Sequence record: OP557969.1
Direction: 5' to 3' (one strand)
DNA length: 64,000 nucleotides
In this document: one piece after another, positions 17,352 to 25,590 of the stretch
Numbering within the stretch: the first letter of the stretch is position 1
Layout of the letters: each line of letters starts with the position of its first letter
Position numbers and translations under genes: made by a program
Notes under the pieces: generated by a model
The model's input: only the letters and a program-made list of their open reading frames with translations
Told to the model about the DNA's origin: nothing
The model's database searches: none

Positions 17352-17424
17352 ATCAGGACGGGGAACGAAATAAGTAACCCCGTTAAGTAGTCCAGGAGTA
17401 AGACATACGAAAAACTCCCCTGAT
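17352..17424 (+). ncRNA. motif-2 structured RNA, copy 2
   Basis: near-identical to 6729-6803, at promoter +1. Confidence 0.6.
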
Positions 17425-17493
17425 AAAATAGTTTGACAATAGAAAGTAAACGAGTATAATACTTACATCAACCACTGATAAGGAAACATTAAA

Positions 17494-17769
17494 ATGCGGA
17501 CTTTACTTACAGCTAACGAAATCGAGCAAGTACTGACTACTAATCTGGAACAATGGAAACGTGAAGCAGATATCCAGGCGGTTCAATGCCTTAACGATAA
17601 GTTAACGCCAGATGACTTAAGCACGATTGTTGATCCACAATTTTATGAAGATATTCACGACACGTCTTTAAGCGTCGAGGATGTACTTGATAAGCACTAC
17701 ATTGATACTGATTTACATGTTTACGGTCGTAAAAACTTTATCACTATTCACGACATTTACAATACTTAA
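17494..17769 (+). CDS. early acidic hypothetical protein
   Basis: promoter, AAGGA RBS. Confidence 0.75.
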   Translation: MRTLLTANEIEQVLTTNLEQWKREADIQAVQCLNDKLTPDDLSTIVDPQFYEDIHDTSLSVEDVLDKHYIDTDLHVYGRKNFITIHDIYNT

Positions 17770-17857
17770 GTATTGACAAAGTATCTTAGTACTGTATAAT
17801 AGTTTACATCAAGTGAGGGGAAACGGTTCCCCTCCTAACAAAGAGAGAGAAATTAAA

Positions 17858-18040
17858 ATGGCTAAGTGCACTATCTGTAAGAAAGAAATCGTATTAGTTC
17901 CAAGTGCCCGTGAACGTGCCGCTCGGTTCGGTGGCAAAGCGTCAGACTATACAAAAATGTTTACTGCCCATGCAGCTTGTCAAGTAGCAAAACGTTCACA
18001 AGAAAGCGTAGAATTAATGCGTAAACTTTCCAAAAAATAA
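17858..18040 (+). CDS. small zinc-binding protein
   Basis: CTIC...HAAC; start moved to MAKC. Confidence 0.75.
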   Translation: MAKCTICKKEIVLVPSARERAARFGGKASDYTKMFTAHAACQVAKRSQESVELMRKLSKK

Positions 18041-18127
18041 GTATTGACAAAGTATCTTAGTACTGTATAATAGTTTACATCAAGCGAGGGGAATGGTTCC
18101 CCTCCTAACAAAGAGAGAGAAATAAAA

Positions 18128-18451
18128 ATGGCTATGATCCTTACCCAGAAAGTAGAACTGAAAATTGTAACCTCCTTTGACATTAAAGTTAATCGGTGGA
18201 CTGATAGCCACGGCAATACTTACCACTCCTGCTACGTGTCCGCATTGATTGGTGATCGCTGGGAAGACCTGGGACACGAAACCTTTACATACGGTTACGG
18301 CACACAAGGCGAGTACACGGGTTTAGAAATCATTAAGGAAACTGTAATAGGTTTCAACCCGAAAGAGAAAGTACTACACAGAATTGAGAAAGAGATCAAC
18401 AAAGAAATTACAGTTCGCTACTACGATGTAAAACGTAAGAAAGACATGTAA
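18128..18451 (+). CDS. paralog of 11552-11896
   Basis: RWTDSHGNTYHS...FTYGYG...DVKRKKDM. Confidence 0.8.
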   Translation: MAMILTQKVELKIVTSFDIKVNRWTDSHGNTYHSCYVSALIGDRWEDLGHETFTYGYGTQGEYTGLEIIKETVIGFNPKEKVLHRIEKEINKEITVRYYDVKRKKDM

Positions 18452-18546
18452 TAGAATCCATTTAAAGTACTATTTGACATTGCCCAGATAGTACTTTATA
18501 ATAGACTCTAACTTGTAGTACTAACTTAACTAATAGGATGTATACC

Positions 18547-18942
18547 ATGATTACTAAATTCTACGCTACCCGTGAAGCTGCCCGTATTGTTGCACGCGAG
18601 GAAGGAGCAGCATTTAAAGACATGGGCAAAGATGCACCGAAAGGTCAACGCTGGGCCGTACAGTTCAAAGAAATCTCTGATATTGTGAATTCACCTGAGC
18701 CAGTACTGACAGCAGCAGAACTAAAACGAGCGGATATGCTGGCGGCAATACTTGACGCACAAGATGAGTTTATCGCTGATTCTGATATCAAAGTACAGGT
18801 AAACCACACCGCATGGACTCACGCGGATCACCTGGCAAACCTTAAGCGTCCAAGTGAACTGATTCGCAACCAGAAAGAGATCCGACATGATCGTAAGGGT
18901 AATCGTGTAACAGTATACAGTAAACGCCGCCAGGTTATCTAA
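18547..18942 (+). CDS. paralog of 5861-6127 with central insertion
   Basis: KFYATREAAR...FKDMG...DRKGNRVTVY. Confidence 0.75.
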   Translation: MITKFYATREAARIVAREEGAAFKDMGKDAPKGQRWAVQFKEISDIVNSPEPVLTAAELKRADMLAAILDAQDEFIADSDIKVQVNHTAWTHADHLANLKRPSELIRNQKEIRHDRKGNRVTVYSKRRQVI

Positions 18943-18964
18943 TAACTTGCAGTACTAACAACAC

Positions 18965-18989
18965 GGCGGGATCAGTTCCCGCCTTTTTT
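18965..18989 (+). terminator. intrinsic terminator
   Basis: GGCGGGA/TCCCGCC stem and T6. Confidence 0.75.
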
Positions 18990-19003
18990 ATAGGACAAAC
19001 AAA

Positions 19004-19258
19004 ATGATTAAGGTTCAACTATATAAAGATAACATCTTACGGGTACACTATAAAGCACCGAAGAGAATCATCACAAAGGCCGTACAGCTTGCTAATGAGT
19101 TTATTAATGGTAACCTATTACCGAGGAAGTTAAGCAACGGGAAACTGCGTGTAATCGATGTGGACACTAACAACAGGATAGTAATCGAGAACACAGGAAA
19201 GATAAACCTTTATGAGCATCAACAATACAATAAGAAAATAAAACTAATATCACGTTGA
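19004..19258 (+). CDS. RelE/ParE-like small protein
   Basis: RKL..G.LRVIDV...RIV...LYEHQQYNK resembles ParE-like phage proteins ending xHExYN. Confidence 0.5.
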   Translation: MIKVQLYKDNILRVHYKAPKRIITKAVQLANEFINGNLLPRKLSNGKLRVIDVDTNNRIVIENTGKINLYEHQQYNKKIKLISR

Positions 19259-19311
19259 CAGTACTCAATTGTTTTAGTATTATGTACACATACCAACACG
19301 GGAGAAACAAA

Positions 19312-19530
19312 ATGAAATTATCTAAAATCGAAAAGAAAACTATTGATGAAGCAGTTAAGCACGGTTATACCTTTCGTAATGATTCACATTTTACCAATTT
19401 TCAACAAGGGTATCGTACTATTAAAAAACTAATTGACAAAGGTTTATTAGTTGAAGTCAATAACGGTAACGGTATCGAGTATCAACCAACACAGGACGCA
19501 TTTTATTTTAAGAAATATAATATTATCTAA
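19312..19530 (+). CDS. small protein, possibly winged-helix
   Basis: TIKKLIDKGLLVEV pattern; start moved to MKLSK. Confidence 0.65.
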   Translation: MKLSKIEKKTIDEAVKHGYTFRNDSHFTNFQQGYRTIKKLIDKGLLVEVNNGNGIEYQPTQDAFYFKKYNII

Positions 19531-19588
19531 TTGACAGTACTCAAATGTTTTAGTACTATATGTACATACCAACACGGGGGGAAACAAA

Positions 19589-19831
19589 ATGATTACTTTA
19601 GAAAAACGTATCAAAGAAACTACATCGCTGGTGGAACTGTTAACAGTACTCAAATGTAAAACAACACCATTCAGCACGCCGGACTTTATTAATATGGTTG
19701 ATGTTAATGGTCGCTATCGTATCACGGTCGAACAAGGAGCGGCGAAAGTATTCAGTACTAAAAACACGAAGGAAGTGATCCACGCCGTTAATGTTAAAAA
19801 AGTAGTTGCCATTGATAGTAAAGTACTGTAA
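19589..19831 (+). CDS. early hypothetical protein
   Basis: leader duplicated from the 19257 cassette. Confidence 0.75.
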   Translation: MITLEKRIKETTSLVELLTVLKCKTTPFSTPDFINMVDVNGRYRITVEQGAAKVFSTKNTKEVIHAVNVKKVVAIDSKVL

Positions 19832-19862
19832 TATAGTTTCATTAACTCAAGGAGAACATGCA

Positions 19863-20447
19863 ATGCGTAATTATACTAAATTCATCCGTACACTGTCAGA
19901 AATGGAAACCAACAAAGAGATCCTTTCAGCTTGTCGGTTAGCTGGCCTGGAGATCATCGGTGCTGGTTCTTCCCGTATAGTTTTCGCTTTAAATGATCGG
20001 TTAGTGATTAAGGTCGCGAATTGTGATGCGGGTGTAGAACAAAATGAAACTGAATGTAAGGTATGGAATTTTTTAGACTATGACCGCCCTCAATTGAAAC
20101 AGTACTTTGCAAAGGTGCATATGCATTTATGCGATCCTGATAATATGTTTATCGTTATGGATCGGTTGAGTACTGCAAGCAAAGGCAGTGTGAAGCACGT
20201 AAACGCGTGCAATGAATTAAAGTACAATATTAAACGTAATGCAATCGAACGCCAGCACCGCTTTGCTGATGCACTACAACACGTTGATGATACATTATCA
20301 ACACTAACGATAAGAGATATCAGAAAACAGAATATCGGCCAGGATCGTAATGGACTTATTAAAGTACTTGATTACGGTTTAACCAGCAATATCTGGAATC
20401 AGTACTATAAAAAGCGTGATGTGGCAGCAAGTAAGGTAACACGATAA
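19863..20447 (+). CDS. Ser/Thr protein-kinase-like protein
   Basis: GAGSSR Gly loop, VIK lysine, QNETE alphaC Glu, DIRKQN catalytic loop, LDYG (DFG-like). Confidence 0.85.
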   Translation: MRNYTKFIRTLSEMETNKEILSACRLAGLEIIGAGSSRIVFALNDRLVIKVANCDAGVEQNETECKVWNFLDYDRPQLKQYFAKVHMHLCDPDNMFIVMDRLSTASKGSVKHVNACNELKYNIKRNAIERQHRFADALQHVDDTLSTLTIRDIRKQNIGQDRNGLIKVLDYGLTSNIWNQYYKKRDVAASKVTR

Positions 20448-20458
20448 AAAAGATTAAA

Positions 20459-20546
20459 AAAGGGATTGACTCCGGTCAGTCCCTTTGCTATTATATATCC
20501 ATTGAGAGATAACTCACTGACCCATAGGGTGCGGAAGTGTATCTAT
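20459..20546 (+). ncRNA. terminator/promoter composite followed by motif-1 element
   Basis: same hairpin-promoter as 17189; CCCATAGGGTGCGGAAGTGTATCTA. Confidence 0.5.
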
Positions 20547-20667
20547 TATATAAGTATTCAGTACTGAAAACTATTTTTAAAAAAGTACTTGCATTGTACT
20601 TAGAATCAAGTATAATGTTTTATATCGAGAGGGGGAATGGTTCTCCCTGGCAATAAGGAATAAAATC

Positions 20668-20889
20668 ATGACTACAATGACTTGCATTTACGCTTCTAAT
20701 CTTCTGAATGATGCGGCCTTTAATGTTGATTCAGAATATCAATGTTATCGGGATGAAAATAAAAAAGTTTTTGTAGTTGATAATAATGGTTTCCATATTG
20801 AATTACAATCCGGCTTCACTGGTGTTGATGGTAAATCAGTATGGGGCGTACAGGATGATAAAGGCACATATCATTTTAAACGTAATTAA
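20668..20889 (+). CDS. early hypothetical protein
   Basis: promoter cassette, AAGGA RBS. Confidence 0.75.
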   Translation: MTTMTCIYASNLLNDAAFNVDSEYQCYRDENKKVFVVDNNGFHIELQSGFTGVDGKSVWGVQDDKGTYHFKRN

Positions 20890-20972
20890 GTATTGACAAA
20901 GTATATCAGTACTGTATAATAGTTTACATCAAGGGGAGAATAGTTCTCCCCGATACTAAAAGGAATAAAATC

Positions 20973-21377
20973 ATGACTACTACTAATCAAGCTCGGTCCA
21001 TCGCCAACGATAAAAATCATGCTGCAATGGTCGCTGGTTACATTGAAGCTATGCAATTCAGTACTGTACACAATGAGAACGGCGATTACCTGGAAGATTA
21101 TGAATTATCAGAGCAAGCCCATCAAGCGGCGGTGATTGCATGTTCTCGCTTCATTGAGAAACACGGTAATGATCTGGAAGTAGTTCGCGGTATGTTTATT
21201 GATTACGGTTATGAGCAAGCTGGTCATGATCTCTTTCTTACTCGCGAAGGTCACGGCACTGGTTTTTGGGATCGTGGTTTAGGTCACTATGGCGATGTAT
21301 TCACGAAGTACTGCGAAGAAATCAACGTTTGCGATCCCTATGTAGGCGATGATAATCTAATCTATATGGGCGAATAA
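20973..21377 (+). CDS. conserved phage protein (AGHDxxLTRxGHGxGFWDRG family)
   Basis: AGHDLFLTREGHGTGFWDRG...YVGDD. Confidence 0.85.
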   Translation: MTTTNQARSIANDKNHAAMVAGYIEAMQFSTVHNENGDYLEDYELSEQAHQAAVIACSRFIEKHGNDLEVVRGMFIDYGYEQAGHDLFLTREGHGTGFWDRGLGHYGDVFTKYCEEINVCDPYVGDDNLIYMGE

Positions 21378-21461
21378 AAGTATTTGACAAAGTATATCAG
21401 TACTGTATAATAGTTTACATCAAGGGGAGAATAGTTCTCCCCACTAAAAGGAAACAAAATT

Positions 21462-21734
21462 ATGTCTAGCTACTCCGCAACTATGATCATCAAAGATATG
21501 AATAACAATCCTACCGCCGCTGGTGGATCGTTCGGTAACATTAACCTAGATGGTCGGTTATCCATGCAATCAGCCATCGATGCAGCGAAAGAAGTTTTTA
21601 AGAATGAATGTACTGTTAGTAAGCTGGATTATATGGGTTTCGCTATCGAGAAAACTACTCGTTTTGTGAACTACAAAAATCCACTGATGATTGATACTAA
21701 CCTGAAAGCTAACGAAGTGGGGTACTTATTATGA
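21462..21734 (+). CDS. early hypothetical protein
   Basis: promoter cassette duplicated from about 20890. Confidence 0.75.
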   Translation: MSSYSATMIIKDMNNNPTAAGGSFGNINLDGRLSMQSAIDAAKEVFKNECTVSKLDYMGFAIEKTTRFVNYKNPLMIDTNLKANEVGYLL

Positions 21735-21922
21735 CAGTAGAAGAAGTTAAAAAAGTACTGGCAGTACTACGATATCATAATCATTGCAAGGTGAAGAATG
21801 ATCCTGATTATCTTGATTCATCCCTGGAGGAAGACACCTTGAACGCTATAAGCCATATGCAGACATTAGCAAAGCGTATGACTGAAAAGAATATGCCGGA
21901 CTATATCGGAAATAAAATTTAA
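21731..21922 (+). CDS. early hypothetical protein
   Basis: ATGA coupling. Confidence 0.7.
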   Translation: MTVEEVKKVLAVLRYHNHCKVKNDPDYLDSSLEEDTLNAISHMQTLAKRMTEKNMPDYIGNKI

Positions 21923-22009
21923 AAAGTACTTGCATTGTAGTTAGATTAACGTATAATGTTTTATATCGAGAGGGGGAAATGGTTTCCCCTCAAGTCCAGG
22001 AGATACACC

Positions 22010-22273
22010 ATGAACACTATCGAAATCACTATCAATGCACACGTATACGACAACGTAGTACTGCAAACTACTATGACCGCCAATGATACCAGTACTTTGC
22101 GGAATACTGTTATTAGTGCCGTATGTGCCGCTATCGGTGATGTCGCCCTGGAAAATGCAAAACACGTAAACGATGGTTTCACTATGTGCAAACGTGATAA
22201 CGCAAAACATATCATCGTGGAAGGTTACGGCGGTGTAGAATTTAATGTTTATATGAAAAAAGTACTTGCATAA
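22010..22273 (+). CDS. early hypothetical protein
   Basis: AGGAG RBS; start moved to MNTIE. Confidence 0.75.
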   Translation: MNTIEITINAHVYDNVVLQTTMTANDTSTLRNTVISAVCAAIGDVALENAKHVNDGFTMCKRDNAKHIIVEGYGGVEFNVYMKKVLA

Positions 22274-22340
22274 TAACTAAAACAAAGTATAATGTTTTGC
22301 ATAGGGGGAGATATCCTCCCCCACTAAAAGGAGTAATAAA

Positions 22341-22565
22341 ATGGCTAACTTTGATGAACTGATGCGGGAAGTAGCTAACCTGGCAGAAGAGAAGAAATCA
22401 TTCGATTCTATCTATAACACCGCTCACCGTGATTCAGTACTGGCATGTAACCAGGATCAAAAAGATGAACTAATCGCCACCTATCATGAAGCATGGAAGT
22501 ACTACCGACAATGGGAGAAAGAAGAAAGTGAGTCTACCATTGACGGCCTCAATAATCTAATCTAA
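22341..22565 (+). CDS. early helical protein
   Basis: promoter cassette, AGGAG RBS. Confidence 0.75.
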   Translation: MANFDELMREVANLAEEKKSFDSIYNTAHRDSVLACNQDQKDELIATYHEAWKYYRQWEKEESESTIDGLNNLI

Positions 22566-22641
22566 AAGTTTTATTTCAGTACTATTGACATAGCTTGATA
22601 GTACTGATGTAATAACTTTACTAACTACAAGGGGAAACATA

Positions 22642-22899
22642 ATGGATCAGTTCACACAATATCGGGTAAATCCACAAGCTATGGCCTACGTAGAAGACCA
22701 TAAAACGTTACCAGTACTGCAACCAGTTAAAGGCCATATCTATCGTGCAATGTCGTGGTGTACGGCCCAGGATGGCTATAAAACCGTAGCCGTGGGTATG
22801 TATTGCGGTGATGGTGAATGGTTTGATCCAAATAATCCGGTAGCCATTGACAGTACTGAAAAAATGAAATGGGCCGACTACATCGAAGATATTTCATAA
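22642..22899 (+). CDS. early hypothetical protein
   Basis: promoter, GGGGA RBS. Confidence 0.75.
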   Translation: MDQFTQYRVNPQAMAYVEDHKTLPVLQPVKGHIYRAMSWCTAQDGYKTVAVGMYCGDGEWFDPNNPVAIDSTEKMKWADYIEDIS

Positions 22900-22989
22900 A
22901 AACTATTTGACAGTACTAACCAGTAATGTATAATGTTTTACATAGAGCGGGGGAATAGTTCTCCCGCCAATAGTTTGGAGTAAAACATT

Positions 22990-23190
22990 ATGTCTATCGC
23001 TATCGCCATGGTTGAAGTACTGAAAGAAGCTAAAGCCAACCAGATCGACGTAAAGATCCAGGAACTACAAAACGGCTTAATCGGCTGTACTTGTACCGCT
23101 GGTGGAGCGGCAGACTATCGAGAACACGAATCACTCGAATCACTGGTTCGGTATCTTACCATGATCGTTGATGATTGGAGAATCATCTAA
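22990..23190 (+). CDS. early hypothetical protein
   Basis: promoter cassette, GGAG RBS. Confidence 0.75.
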   Translation: MSIAIAMVEVLKEAKANQIDVKIQELQNGLIGCTCTAGGAADYREHESLESLVRYLTMIVDDWRII

Positions 23191-23204
23191 CAAAAAAGAA
23201 TAAA

Positions 23205-23288
23205 AAAAGGGATTGACTCCGGTCAGTCCCTTTGCTATTATATACGCATAGACAAAAACTAGCCCACAGGGTGCATAGGTGTATCCAA
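23205..23288 (+). ncRNA. terminator/promoter composite followed by motif-1 element
   Basis: same hairpin-promoter; CCCACAGGGTGCATAGGTGTATCC. Confidence 0.5.
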
Positions 23289-23435
23289 AATATATAGTTA
23301 ATAACGGTGAGTAACTATCTGCTGGTGGAACTAAAACTATTAATAAAAAAGTATTGACAAAGTATATCAGTACTGCAATAATGTATCTCATAGGGCGGCA
23401 ATGGTGCGACGGCCCACAAAGTTAGGAGATTCAAA

Positions 23436-23768
23436 ATGACTACTTCAATCGCTATCGTTAAAGCTTTCATCCGTACTAATGTTTCCTCTGTATTCATCGA
23501 CGGCCTCGACCGTAACGTAGAATACTCAATCATTATCGCACAAACGGCAAACGGTTCTCGGTACATCCTGAATGATAGTGAAGCAAATCACTACTACTTC
23601 ACTAAAGCCACTGGCTTTAAACGCATCGATGCTGATGTAGTATACGCTAAGATGAATAAGCTGGTAGATAAGATTAACGCTAAAGGTACTATAGATTTAC
23701 AGTACTGGACCGAAACCGATCCAGAATATGGATCTCACCGCTACCTGAATCCAGGTATTAAAATGTAA
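23436..23768 (+). CDS. early hypothetical protein
   Basis: promoter, AGGAG RBS. Confidence 0.75.
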   Translation: MTTSIAIVKAFIRTNVSSVFIDGLDRNVEYSIIIAQTANGSRYILNDSEANHYYFTKATGFKRIDADVVYAKMNKLVDKINAKGTIDLQYWTETDPEYGSHRYLNPGIKM

Positions 23769-23857
23769 AAAGTACTTGCATAGTACTTAGATTCATGTAT
23801 AATGTTTTACATAGAGAGGGGGAAATGGTTCTCCCTCCTAAATTAAGGAGTTTTATC

Positions 23858-24259
23858 ATGACCTTCTCAATCACTTCCTTCGCTGACGTTTTAGTACTGG
23901 CTCGGACTTTTGGTAAAGATGCACTGGAGTACGCTGTAAGTAATGGCACTATCCAACCGGAACAGTGCCGCATCATTGGAAACTGCAAACGTTGGGCGGT
24001 TTCCAATACTATTGCACTGGAAAACTTCCACGATGGCAACAATGAATATTCTGTTGATGTAGTATTCGAAGCCGTTGATCTCGGCGGTATCTATAATACT
24101 AACCTGAATGATGTGCGTATCGTTCGCACTGGGTTCGGTGCTTATGATGTATCTATTCGTGAAGCTATGAACACCGGATACATTAGCAAGGACTTACTTG
24201 CTCACATCATGCAGCTGTGTACGGAACGTAACGAAGCACGCACTATCTTAGGGTTGTAA
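23858..24259 (+). CDS. early hypothetical protein
   Basis: promoter cassette, AAGGAG RBS; start moved to MTFSI. Confidence 0.75.
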   Translation: MTFSITSFADVLVLARTFGKDALEYAVSNGTIQPEQCRIIGNCKRWAVSNTIALENFHDGNNEYSVDVVFEAVDLGGIYNTNLNDVRIVRTGFGAYDVSIREAMNTGYISKDLLAHIMQLCTERNEARTILGL

Positions 24260-24327
24260 GCGTTACACATCATCAAACATCATAGGCCGCTCTCTAGCGG
24301 CCTTAACTATATCAGGAGTACATACAC

Positions 24328-24537
24328 ATGATCTATACAGTATACAACGTTCTAGGCACTATTGCAGGCGTACATGATAACGTCGATGGTGCTATGCGTA
24401 CAGTACTGCAACAGGTTCCACTAAAGCCTAAGACCATTAAGCAGATGACAGCACGACTAACCAGGGCGACGGCTGGCGTGGAAGTATGGCAGGACTATGG
24501 GGATACACAGATAATCGTAAGCGTAACGAAGGATTAA
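24328..24537 (+). CDS. hypothetical protein
   Basis: AGGAG RBS. Confidence 0.7.
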   Translation: MIYTVYNVLGTIAGVHDNVDGAMRTVLQQVPLKPKTIKQMTARLTRATAGVEVWQDYGDTQIIVSVTKD

Positions 24538-24564
24538 TGCGTAAAAGGATTTAGTACTGATTCA

Positions 24565-24632
24565 GAAAAAAGTCAAGGCGTTTTTAAAATTATGCGTTAA
24601 AAAAATGCATAGGTAATCCCTTGACTTTTTTG
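24565..24632. repeat. inverted repeat at early-block boundary
   Basis: AAAAAAGTCAAGG ... CCTTGACTTTTTT. Confidence 0.65.
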
Positions 24633-24756
24633 AAATAAAAGGGATTGGACTATGGCAAAATGCGTAGGGGGCTAAAGGGCGGGTAACCTTAGCGACTTCG
24701 ATAAAGGGGTATTACGAATAAAATGTTATTGACTTTTTATATAAATCGTATAAAAT

Positions 24757-24984
24757 ATGATTGATAATAATTTTAAGGGAGTCCCTGTGCGTATTTTAAC
24801 TCAAGCAGAACACCACGAAAGACTTATTAACAATATGGCTATGATAATGTATAAGTCACATAAACGTGGTATTGCCTATAAGCATGAATTAGTACTGGAA
24901 CTATTCATTGGGACTAACTATCAGGAAAGGTATGTCAACGATTGGATTTGGTATTTAATTGAAGATATAACGAGTAAACTATGA
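24757..24984 (+). CDS. family B paralog
   Basis: FIGTNYQE. Confidence 0.85.
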   Translation: MIDNNFKGVPVRILTQAEHHERLINNMAMIMYKSHKRGIAYKHELVLELFIGTNYQERYVNDWIWYLIEDITSKL

Positions 24985-25175
24985 TAATTTTAACTAAAGA
25001 AGAATATCAATCACTGTTACGTAAAAACTACGTAAAGATTTACAATACAGACACACACGTAGAACGAATGGAGTTATACCTTTTGATTACATTGGGAACT
25101 AACTATCAGGAAAGATGGGTGATTCAATATATGGATACATTGAAAAATAAAATATTGTCCACGAGGAAACAATGA
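24981..25175 (+). CDS. family B paralog
   Basis: LGTNYQE. Confidence 0.85.
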   Translation: MIILTKEEYQSLLRKNYVKIYNTDTHVERMELYLLITLGTNYQERWVIQYMDTLKNKILSTRKQ

Positions 25176-25381
25176 AAACTATAACACGAACCAAATCATT
25201 AGGTCTTATCTTGAAATACATGGACTTAATGGTGGATATCAGCAAAGACCTTCCTAAAACTGCAATTGAAGTTGCAAGAGCAGAGTACCGTCTATTAGCA
25301 GTACTGAATACTAACTACCAGGATGAATATGTTGACGATTGGATTCTATCATTAAAAAAAGATATAAAGAGTAAACTATGA
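25172..25381 (+). CDS. family B paralog
   Basis: LNTNYQD. Confidence 0.85.
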   Translation: MKTITRTKSLGLILKYMDLMVDISKDLPKTAIEVARAEYRLLAVLNTNYQDEYVDDWILSLKKDIKSKL

Positions 25382-25590
25382 TTTTTTTAACGCCAGAAGA
25401 ATATAAGAAACGTTTCAATTCTGTCCAGATTGACATTTTACTTATATACAATTCAAATGCAGACCTTGGCTTATCAAGGGTATTAGAAAAAGATTTACTT
25501 ATGGGTGCATTTTTGGATACAGACTTTCAGGTGTATTATGTAGGGGAATACTTAATTGCACTTCAGAATTACATTAAGAGTAAACTATGA
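25378..25590 (+). CDS. family B paralog
   Basis: LDTDFQV; close to 25587. Confidence 0.85.
   Translation: MIFLTPEEYKKRFNSVQIDILLIYNSNADLGLSRVLEKDLLMGAFLDTDFQVYYVGEYLIALQNYIKSKL

Larger units (their letters stand above)
4980..24300 (+). repeat. dispersed array of about 40 early promoter-stem-loop cassettes (PeSL-like)
   Basis: recurrent AAAAAGTAC-TTGCAN/TTGACA-N16-TATAAT-GTTTTACATC, GGGGA...TCCCC hairpin, then RBS, e.g. -35 at 4993, 5453, 6135, 6694, 6812, 7491, 8376, 9880, 15444, 18044. Confidence 0.9.

Noticed and set aside
4980-24300. CRISPR array
   Set aside because: The repeats are promoter cassettes separated by whole genes of unequal length. There is no constant spacer length and no cas gene.
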